The notes beneath the pieces are model-generated. The model was not told where the DNA came from, did not search any database, and saw only the letters and a program-made list of their open reading frames with translations. A stretch of 64,000 bases of DNA, taken from the sequence record PP456877.1; one strand, 5' to 3'. Of the stretch, positions 56,651-64,000 are shown piece by piece. The number at the start of each line of letters is the position of its first letter. Position 1 is the stretch's first letter. Position numbers and translations under genes: made by a program.

Positions 56651-57481
56651 CTATTTGAATTTCTTGTATGCTTCTTTTAACTCTTTAGAACCATAAGCAG
56701 TAATGTCATGATGAACTTTATCTGGTGTTGTTAATCCTGTCCATTTTCTAGATTGTGCCAATTGTTTTAACTGTGCACGAATAGCTTTGTCTTGTGGTTC
56801 AAGTAATTGTTTATCGCCAAATATCTGTATAGCAAATGATGTAAAAGGAAATGGAGTATCTTCTTTTAAACCATTTAGTTTAGTATACCACATGTTGTAT
56901 GTCTTTATTTTGCCCGTATGGGATTCCAATAAAAGAAGTCTATTAAAATGGGGTTTCCATAATAATTCATGTGGGAAATGGGTTAATAGTAAAACAGTAC
57001 CTTCAACCTTTGGAGGTTTATTAGATATTTCCATTGTAATTAAATCTGTATCTTTTAACTTCTGATATAGTTCAATTGATACAAATCGTTCATAAACATC
57101 ATAAGCTAATTGTTGCGGTGTTCGTGATACTTTAAATGTAGCTTTAGGGAATAACCACTTCACTGCATCTCGACCAGTAATGTAATATTTTACAGTTGCT
57201 TTTATCCCCGATTGCCGTAAAGCAACCGGGATTGTTTGTGCTTCTTGAAATAAAACATCGACTGCTGCAACCAAGTTAATATTAGTTTGTTGTTCAGACT
57301 TCATAGCCTGCCACATATTTCTTGCAAGAGTACGGACATTAATCCATATTTCTTTAATAGACTTAACATCAGTTGGTTGTCTAGGCTTTTGTGGATGTGT
57401 TCCTATAAGCCCTTCGAGAGCAAAAGAAGTTCCAATGCTAATTGGAATATTAGCACCTACATCTCTCTCGATAATATCCAT
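56651..57481 (-). CDS. Conserved hypothetical protein (gp66 position)
   Basis: 276-aa ORF. Synteny. Confidence 0.75.
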   Translation of the reverse strand: MDIIERDVGANIPISIGTSFALEGLIGTHPQKPRQPTDVKSIKEIWINVRTLARNMWQAMKSEQQTNINLVAAVDVLFQEAQTIPVALRQSGIKATVKYYITGRDAVKWLFPKATFKVSRTPQQLAYDVYERFVSIELYQKLKDTDLITMEISNKPPKVEGTVLLLTHFPHELLWKPHFNRLLLLESHTGKIKTYNMWYTKLNGLKEDTPFPFTSFAIQIFGDKQLLEPQDKAIRAQLKQLAQSRKWTGLTTPDKVHHDITAYGSKELKEAYKKFK

Positions 57482-57493
57482 TATTATTGCCTT

Positions 57494-58660
57494 TTATTTG
57501 AACTCTGTCAATAATCCCAATACCCGTTGGATCTGAGCAGCGTCCGCTGTAAATTTTTCAATATCTGGAATAATTAAATCAGAAATACTTTCTGGAGTTA
57601 TATCCAAAAATTCTGATAAATCAAAATTCTTTAGGCTATCTGACACAGTATTTTTCTTTGTAGTAACTTTTTCAATTAAGATACTCCATGAAAAATTAGG
57701 ATATTCATTTTGAAATGTATCGAGATCACCAGTAGCTACATCACCTGGATTACATCTTAACCTAATTGCAGAGTTAGTTGGTAGTGTCTTGATATGTTCT
57801 TTAACAGTGTAATTAAGTTGCTTAGTATCCATTCCATGGACATTCAAAGTATCGTATCTACGCGCACCCTTATTCTCAAGGAATGTAGCAGTCCATTCGC
57901 CATTTTCTTTTACCACAACATCAAATAATCCTTTTGGAATTTCATCGTTGTGACTTAATCGATCAAATCCACCGGCAGCTAAAATGCGTTCATAGATAGA
58001 CATCTCATGAACATGTCCACCATTGATCATATATTTAGTTAATGCTAAATATTCGTCTGGATCATGTGTTGGCTCTTCCACAATACTTGGTAGCTGATGT
58101 TTAAATGCACCATGTAAAATAGTAAAGTCAACTTGAGATATACCTTTCTTATGCATTAAATCTTTTACTTGATTTAAAGTCTCTGATGTGGATGGATTCC
58201 ATTTATCAGGGACATAAAGGAAATATGCATCTAGTTTCTCAATATACTCAATATCGAGAATCTTTGAATAATGCAAATCAACTTTAATATTTGCATTATT
58301 TTTTTGTTCTACGAAAAACTGCATTTGCCCACGGTCATGTGATGGGGTCCCTTCAACAATACGGATCATTACATTATACATTTCACATTTGTAGAGAAGT
58401 ATTGTAATAAATCTATCAATTGCGTATGCAGCTGGATCGCCATTGTTTAATTGACGATCAAATAAATCCCCTGTAATAATCAGCATATCAATATCTTTTA
58501 AAATTGTATCAGGGACAGTTTTCCAAAAGTTATTGATGATTAATTCAGTAGGGGTTTGGCGATGCCCCATATGGACATCGCCTACTGTTAAATATCGAAA
58601 TATGCCAGGTTTCTTTGTTTTATCAGTCTTCATATTCGTCACCGTAAACACATTCATCAT
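57494..58660 (-). CDS. sbcD: SbcD/Mre11-family metallophosphoesterase nuclease (gp65)
   Basis: GDVH, TGDLFD, EGTPSHD, LHG and GHVH motifs. Confidence 0.9.
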   Translation of the reverse strand: MMNVFTVTNMKTDKTKKPGIFRYLTVGDVHMGHRQTPTELIINNFWKTVPDTILKDIDMLIITGDLFDRQLNNGDPAAYAIDRFITILLYKCEMYNVMIRIVEGTPSHDRGQMQFFVEQKNNANIKVDLHYSKILDIEYIEKLDAYFLYVPDKWNPSTSETLNQVKDLMHKKGISQVDFTILHGAFKHQLPSIVEEPTHDPDEYLALTKYMINGGHVHEMSIYERILAAGGFDRLSHNDEIPKGLFDVVVKENGEWTATFLENKGARRYDTLNVHGMDTKQLNYTVKEHIKTLPTNSAIRLRCNPGDVATGDLDTFQNEYPNFSWSILIEKVTTKKNTVSDSLKNFDLSEFLDITPESISDLIIPDIEKFTADAAQIQRVLGLLTEFK

Positions 58661-59231
58661 TCTCAGGTGTATCTACTTGCACACCTCCAGATTTAGATGA
58701 AGATGCATTCGGTAACTCATATAACGGAGTACCATCAGTATTTTTTAATACCCGACCATATGCTGCTAAGATTTGGATTAACACTTGTAGAAGTTGTTTT
58801 TCTAATGGTTCATTATAAATACACCGCTCTAGGAATTGAGCCGCTTCTTTAGCAAACCCACCACGTGGATTGCGATTATGTTCTTTATTATAATAATCCA
58901 TTACATTAGAAATACTAGCAACATTCTCACCAGATGAGATTGCAACACTTGGACGAGGATAAAGTGCTGGAACTGTAAAAAGTACAACTGCTTCTTTGGT
59001 ATTAACACTTGCTACACGTAATGGATTTGATAGCTCATGAACATATTTACGATATTCATCTAATGCACCTGGTGCCCATGGACATTCAAGTAACGGTAAT
59101 ATATTCTTTACAAAAACGTCCTCATGGACAATAGGTATCTCTTTCTGATGAATGCTAACCATGGCTTGCATTGCATCCATGATCATGTTATCGCTATCTG
59201 TAACTCTAGTGTTCGGTTCCGGAGTTGCCAT
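58623..59231 (-). CDS. Conserved protein (gp64 position)
   Basis: Start reassigned to MATPE. Confidence 0.7.
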   Translation of the reverse strand: MATPEPNTRVTDSDNMIMDAMQAMVSIHQKEIPIVHEDVFVKNILPLLECPWAPGALDEYRKYVHELSNPLRVASVNTKEAVVLFTVPALYPRPSVAISSGENVASISNVMDYYNKEHNRNPRGGFAKEAAQFLERCIYNEPLEKQLLQVLIQILAAYGRVLKNTDGTPLYELPNASSSKSGGVQVDTPENDECVYGDEYED

Positions 59232-59763
59232 CTTCTTTACCCATAACTTGTTCAATCTGTTGTTTAGTCAGAGTAGTGATGATATTAAAACGAGCTTCTT
59301 CTTTGTTTTCCATTAGTTGAGGATTACTATTTAGGTAATCAATCAACGCATTGCAGTTTTCAGTAGTGAACTTATTAGGTGTTCCAACAGTAGCAAACAT
59401 ATAACCTTTATCACCGCCTTTACGAACAATGACCGAGTCCATATGTTCTTTCTGATTAACTCCATCTACTTCAACTAGTGAGAATACTGGTTTAGTATCA
59501 CCATTGATAACTCGCATTGCGTCATCAACTTCACGCCGAATACTTTCACCCATATTGCAAAGAATATCTGCAAGAACTCGACTAACGCGAATATTAAATG
59601 TTGCAGTTTCTTCAGCTTTAACTTTTACCAATTGTTGGAAAGACTCATCTATAACTTTAGCATGTTTCGTTAGATTCCTAACTGTTACTTCTAGCATATG
59701 AATTCGTTTTAATAGCATGGAGTTCATAGCTTCGCTTTCATTTTGTTCAACTTCACTAGTCAT
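59206..59763 (-). CDS. Hypothetical protein (gp63 position)
   Basis: ORF abutting gp62, coiled-coil N-terminus. Confidence 0.75.
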   Translation of the reverse strand: MTSEVEQNESEAMNSMLLKRIHMLEVTVRNLTKHAKVIDESFQQLVKVKAEETATFNIRVSRVLADILCNMGESIRREVDDAMRVINGDTKPVFSLVEVDGVNQKEHMDSVIVRKGGDKGYMFATVGTPNKFTTENCNALIDYLNSNPQLMENKEEARFNIITTLTKQQIEQVMGKEDGNSGTEH

Positions 59764-60207
<444 letters not shown>

Positions 60208-60280
60208 TTAAGATGGGAGCCAAATGGCTCCCTTTATATTACTTGATACATACAGTTAAATACTTATATTAACTAGTGTA

Positions 60281-60733
60281 CTAATATTTACTTGCAATTA
60301 ATTCAATGTGGTATACGATAACAGTACCTTCTTTTTTCTTGAGTGTACTTGTTAAAACGATATCGTGTTCAGTAACACATGCGTGTACACTAATGGGCCT
60401 GGTAGCAATCTCGGCACCTGCCCCTGAAAAATGAGTTGTAGCTACATATAACTGGGTATCATCAATTAACCCATTTGGATCCCTACCAACATGTACAAAT
60501 GGTGGCCTGCTAGCCACCTTAGGATATTCGTCTTTAATAACAAGATGACCATCTTCAGATGGGTAAGCATAGTCATATCCAGTCACATAGATACGTAGAG
60601 TGCCATTCTTAAATGCTTCTTTAAGATAAGAATATTCTTCAAGATTAAAACGAGTTGAATCAACTACAGCAGTAGTTAATTTAAGAATAGGGTGTAGTGG
60701 CATTGATGAGTCATTACGCTTAATTAATAGCAT
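60281..60733 (-). CDS. Conserved protein (gp61 position)
   Basis: Start reassigned to MLLIKR, overlapping the gp60 end. Confidence 0.7.
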   Translation of the reverse strand: MLLIKRNDSSMPLHPILKLTTAVVDSTRFNLEEYSYLKEAFKNGTLRIYVTGYDYAYPSEDGHLVIKDEYPKVASRPPFVHVGRDPNGLIDDTQLYVATTHFSGAGAEIATRPISVHACVTEHDIVLTSTLKKKEGTVIVYHIELIASKY

Positions 60734-61055
60734 CTGTATTTTCCTTAACGTAAAAAGCAATATGTGGATGGTTCCACAATGGACTCTCATCACAAAAACT
60801 ATAACTATGTATTTCCTCGCCAGTATCTAATTTAATAGAGACCACTTCACCTTCAATAACTGTGAAAATAAATTTAGTATCAGGTGAAACATAATCACCA
60901 GTTACATAGACATTATCAGGAAGATACAATAGTCGTGTTTGATTATCGTGTTTAAGTTCTATTCCATCTGTACTATTAAAATACATATATCCCGTACCAT
61001 CTGGACTTTTTTGAAACATCTTTAGTTTATTTGGTACGAGTAGATCAATTGACAT
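60720..61055 (-). CDS. Hypothetical protein (gp60 position)
   Basis: GGAGA RBS. Confidence 0.8.
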   Translation of the reverse strand: MSIDLLVPNKLKMFQKSPDGTGYMYFNSTDGIELKHDNQTRLLYLPDNVYVTGDYVSPDTKFIFTVIEGEVVSIKLDTGEEIHSYSFCDESPLWNHPHIAFYVKENTDAIN

Positions 61056-61106
61056 AGATCTCTCCTAAACGATAGAAGAGAGCCCCTGTACGGGACTCTC
61101 ATTTAT

Positions 61107-61718
61107 TTAACCTAGAAGATTACCTACGACTGAAGTTGGATCTTCTTCACCTGCGTCCAGATGCCCATCAATAGCATTCCACATACGGATGATGTCAACT
61201 TTTTCATGCAGACTAAGTTTACGATCACTCTTGATATCTTCGTGATAGTTTTTATAACCGAATTCTTTCTTATCGGTATACATAACTCCATCCATCACGC
61301 GACGATAATCAAACTGTCGTTCACCTACTGCATCACCTTGGATGTTATTATAAGAACCACTATATCCATCAACTTCATTATTAAGATACATAGTTCTTAG
61401 ACGCTCATGCGCCATAACCCAACGTTGCATAATCGGACCAGCTGTTTGTAGTTCAGCTAAAGTCTCAAGATACACAATGTTGTTCGACTGCCATAAATTA
61501 TCTTTCTTTGTGGTTAGATTCCGCAGTGCTTGAACAGCAGCTGATTCACTAATCATACTGTACATATTTTGTGCAGTATTGAAAAAGCTAGCAGCAGCAG
61601 TTGACATAGTTGAACGCAGTGCCTGACTACGCTCACCCAACCATTGGGTTGTTTGCTGTGTAAGATGGCCACCTGCACAGATGTCCAAGAGGTCTACACC
61701 ATGTGCATCTACAATCAT
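61107..61718 (-). CDS. Conserved chimallivirus protein (gp59 position; from memory the import factor Imp3)
   Basis: 203 aa, GAGGTG RBS. Number by synteny; the Imp3 link is recalled, not verified. Confidence 0.65.
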   Translation of the reverse strand: MIVDAHGVDLLDICAGGHLTQQTTQWLGERSQALRSTMSTAAASFFNTAQNMYSMISESAAVQALRNLTTKKDNLWQSNNIVYLETLAELQTAGPIMQRWVMAHERLRTMYLNNEVDGYSGSYNNIQGDAVGERQFDYRRVMDGVMYTDKKEFGYKNYHEDIKSDRKLSLHEKVDIIRMWNAIDGHLDAGEEDPTSVVGNLLG

Positions 61719-61787
61719 TATTCACCTCAGATACTGTACTCATATACCCAGCACAGATTAAATAGACGTTGCATAATAGGTTACCTC

Positions 61788-61970
61788 TTAAAGCTTAGAG
61801 ATCATTTCGACATATGCATCGACAAACCTTCTGTTTACCACTACATCACCATTCCCACGAGTGATATATCTCCCAGTTAATATAGCTACCGATCTGGCTT
61901 CACGTTCATCTCGTTCGGCTTGTGATAAACGTTCCGGGTTACGTCGAATAATTTCACGAATATTAGACAT
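61788..61970 (-). CDS. Small basic protein, 60 aa, moron-like
   Basis: AAGGGGA RBS, own promoter-like TATATCAC (62002-62009), enclosed by the direct repeats. Confidence 0.8.
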   Translation of the reverse strand: MSNIREIIRRNPERLSQAERDEREARSVAILTGRYITRGNGDVVVNRRFVDAYVEMISKL

Positions 61971-62024
61971 TGGATATTCCCCTTATCACTATTGCACCTT
62001 AGTGATATAAATCTGAAATTGAAT

Positions 62025-62084
62025 TCAGTGTAACTTCACGGCACAGCTGTTCAAGAGATCCACACCATGGGCGTCTATAATCAT
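62025..62084 (-). pseudogene. Truncated duplicate of the gp59 N-terminus, 19 aa
   Basis: MIIDAHGVDLLNSCAVKLH* versus gp59 MIVDAHGVDLLDICAGGHL. Confidence 0.75.
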
Positions 62085-62092
62085 TATACACT

Positions 62093-62518
62093 TCAGTTAT
62101 TGGCTGTATATGACCAACATAGATTAAACGGATGTTGTATAGGTAGGTTAAATGTGTCTAGTTCCTGACCGATCCAATTGATAGCTTTTGTAACACCTTC
62201 AACAGTTACAGTTAATTCAACATGGATATCATGTTCAGGTGCAGTCACCACAATAGTGATTGGATCATCATGTTTAATACGGAATCCAAACTTAGGGTGA
62301 TGGAATCCCGCATATTCACCTTTAGTATTTTCTAGAATACATTCAAATAGATTAGTTTCTTTATTAAGTTTAAATGTAACTAGTTTATCTGAATCTTTAA
62401 GTAAACCATTATCCCCAAATACATTGAATCGATAATGCTTATGGCAGATACCAAGTGTTTTTGGTACATCATGGGAATTATCGATTTGCTTAGTACATTC
62501 ATTACATTTACTATTCAT
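62093..62518 (-). CDS. Hypothetical protein with N-terminal CxxC..CxxH (gp58 position)
   Basis: CNEC...CHKH putative Zn finger; AAGGA RBS. Confidence 0.8.
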   Translation of the reverse strand: MNSKCNECTKQIDNSHDVPKTLGICHKHYRFNVFGDNGLLKDSDKLVTFKLNKETNLFECILENTKGEYAGFHHPKFGFRIKHDDPITIVVTAPEHDIHVELTVTVEGVTKAINWIGQELDTFNLPIQHPFNLCWSYTANN

Positions 62519-62530
62519 CCTTATTTACCT

Positions 62531-62914
62531 TTAATAAATTTGCTTATCAAAAGAGCAATTAATTGGGATAGTGATAACTTCATTAGTAACTACATGTTTA
62601 CCTGTCTTTTTAAAGAATTGTGCAAATTTTGAAGTAGCTGGAATTACAAAGGTATCATCCCGATCATTATTTGACATATTGTACAGAGTAAATTTACCGT
62701 CTAAATCAAACCTAATTTGCCATTCAATATCACGTACTTTGAAATCTATACCAAACCTTAAGTGATCATCAATTAATTCAGAACCACCGTATTCATAAGC
62801 TCCGGTGAAATTCCAATTAATTTCTGCAAATTGGAAAGTTACAGGATGTTCACCATATTCATCTTGTATATAGTAACCATCATGAGCTTTCCAATAGATA
62901 ACTAAATCATGCAT
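62531..62914 (-). CDS. Hypothetical protein (gp57 position)
   Basis: GAGG RBS, follows the terminator at about 62938-62957. Confidence 0.8.
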   Translation of the reverse strand: MHDLVIYWKAHDGYYIQDEYGEHPVTFQFAEINWNFTGAYEYGGSELIDDHLRFGIDFKVRDIEWQIRFDLDGKFTLYNMSNNDRDDTFVIPATSKFAQFFKKTGKHVVTNEVITIPINCSFDKQIY

Positions 62915-62962
62915 GCTACCAGCCTCAAAGAAATAATAGGGGAGTTAGACTCCCCTATTAAT

Positions 62963-63166
62963 TTATTTTGCTTTTAGCCATTCTTCTAATGGCGGTAAAT
63001 ATTTCTCATGTGCCCAGTTAATAATTGTTTCTACAACAGGACCCTGTAATTCAAGGTTACCTGAGATTTCATGTGGTTCATCAATAGATAGAACCCATGT
63101 ATGTGGCGCAATGCGTTCAGTTGCTTTAGTTAGATACACATCAGGCATTAACGTTAAATTAAGTTG
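62963..63166 (-). CDS. gp55: nvRNAP beta-prime subunit gp55, terminal exon (gp56.1)
   Basis: QLNLTLMPDVY...EEWLKAK is the sequence following NADFDGD in phiKZ gp55. The track's GTG start is the intron's last three nucleotides. Confidence 0.9.
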   Translation of the reverse strand, partial: QLNLTLMPDVYLTKATERIAPHTWVLSIDEPHEISGNLELQGPVVETIINWAHEKYLPPLEEWLKAK

Positions 63167-63554
63167 CACTATCTTCGTACAGCATCGTCAGCATCATGTC
63201 TAAAAATCATCCATTGGAAGACATGTCGCTGCTGTACCGTCCACTTAATATCTCCCGACATTAAGTAACTGCTCTAGCTTTCACTAGATGGTGAGACTAT
63301 ATCTTCTTCCCAGAGGGAAGCCTTCTATTTCGGATCACTTAATCCTACTCTACTCCCTTGTCTGCTTTCGCAGTGGTTTCGATAGTCGTTGAACGTTCTT
63401 CCTATATTGCCTTACGGTAATACGTAGAAGCTTCGCTGCTGATTGTCCAATCCTAACACTTTTCAAACCGTTACATTTTAGCTTTCGCTATCTGCTTTGG
63501 TAGTTAGGCTCTAAGGAGGTTCCAGCAATTAAGAAGGTTAGGAGACCAATTAAA
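63167..63554 (-). mobile_element. Group I intron (IA-like), 388 nt, no ORF
   Basis: P AATTGCTGG, Q AATCAGCAGC, R TTCAACGACTA, S AAGATATAGTC. P1 GGAGAU/GUCUCC with U-G at the splice site, P3 CCTTCT/AGAAGG, terminal G at 63167. Confidence 0.92.
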
Positions 63555-63572
63555 ATCTCCGTCAAAATCAGC
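63555..63572 (-). CDS. gp55: 18-nt micro-exon of gp55 encoding ADFDGD
   Basis: GCT GAT TTT GAC GGA GAT between the terminal G of one intron and the U-G 5' splice site of the next. Confidence 0.9.
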
Positions 63573-64000
63573 CGTGTTGTTCAGTATCAGTCGTTAATTG
63601 ATACCCGCACCATTACGTGCAGCTCTAGCTTTCACTAGAAGACCAGACTATATCTTCACCCTTCCTTTCGGAGTGGGGTGTCTCCCATTTCGAGTCACTT
63701 GACCCTACATCCTATTTCTAGGACCGGTGCACCTGATACCGTAATAGTCGTTGAACCTTCTCCTATTCCTAAATGGAATGTTACGGAGCTTGGCTGCTGA
63801 TTGGCCCTACCTAATCTTTTTCAAACCTTGGCTTTGTCTTTCGACTCGCAGTGGTAGATTAGTTTAACAGGATATCCCAGCAATTAGAGAGAACTCAACC
63901 CAACGATTACTCATTGGGGGAACTAGACTTGATTAACTTAATAAGGTATTTATCAAGCACCCCATTCTTTTCAAAGATTGCTCTTCGAACAGTATTCGGA
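63573..64000 (-). mobile_element. Group I intron (IA-like), 5' end outside the window
   Basis: AATTGCTGGG, AATCAGCAGC, TTCAACGACTA, AAGATATAGTC, P8 hairpin with GAAA loop, terminal G at 63573. Confidence 0.9.
63907..63999 (-). CDS. C-terminus of intron-encoded ORF, probably a homing endonuclease (gp56 position)
   Basis: Open frame from the window edge PNTVRRAIFEKNGVLDKYLIKLIKSSSPNE*, ending upstream of P3. No catalytic motif visible here. Confidence 0.55.
   Translation of the reverse strand, partial: PNTVRRAIFEKNGVLDKYLIKLIKSSSPNE

Larger units (their letters stand above)
61675..62150. repeat. Imperfect ~110-bp direct repeat (61675-61783 and 62041-62150)
   Basis: 47/56 identical over the first block (hand count). 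Each copy is the gp58 3' end plus the gp59 5' start. Confidence 0.85.

Noticed and set aside
63167-63169. GTG start for a 68-aa stand-alone gene at 62963..63169
   Set aside because: The GTG is the 3' end of the intron; the ORF is the last exon of gp55.

Overview
This is a 64-kb segment of a phiKZ-like Pseudomonas jumbo (nucleus-forming) phage. It reads mostly on the minus strand and is collinear with phiKZ from about gp56.1 to gp11x. Gp numbers come from my recognition of several proteins plus gene order, not from a database search. From right to left: (1) the 3' end of the nvRNAP beta-prime gene gp55, split by two tandem group I introns around an 18-nt micro-exon that encodes the catalytic ADFDGD loop; (2) small genes, SbcD, an SSB-like gp67, nvRNAP gp68/gp71-73/gp74, PicA/Imp1 (gp69) and an SF2 helicase; (3) a gp77 chaperone-like gene with a probable -1 frameshift extension; (4) vRNAP gp80 and the exonuclease half of a split family-B DNA polymerase (gp82), followed by a start-less NADAR-like ORF that the ORF track misses; (5) baseplate, head and inner-body genes (gp83-gp101); (6) an early accessory region with a DarG-like macrodomain, an orphan HigA-like HTH, small paralogues and membrane-anchored proteins. 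The top leads are a possible frameshift-tethered ADP-ribose eraser on the DNA polymerase, the G/GT-type frameshift at gp77, the catalytic micro-exon, and a repeat-flanked moron next to gp59.
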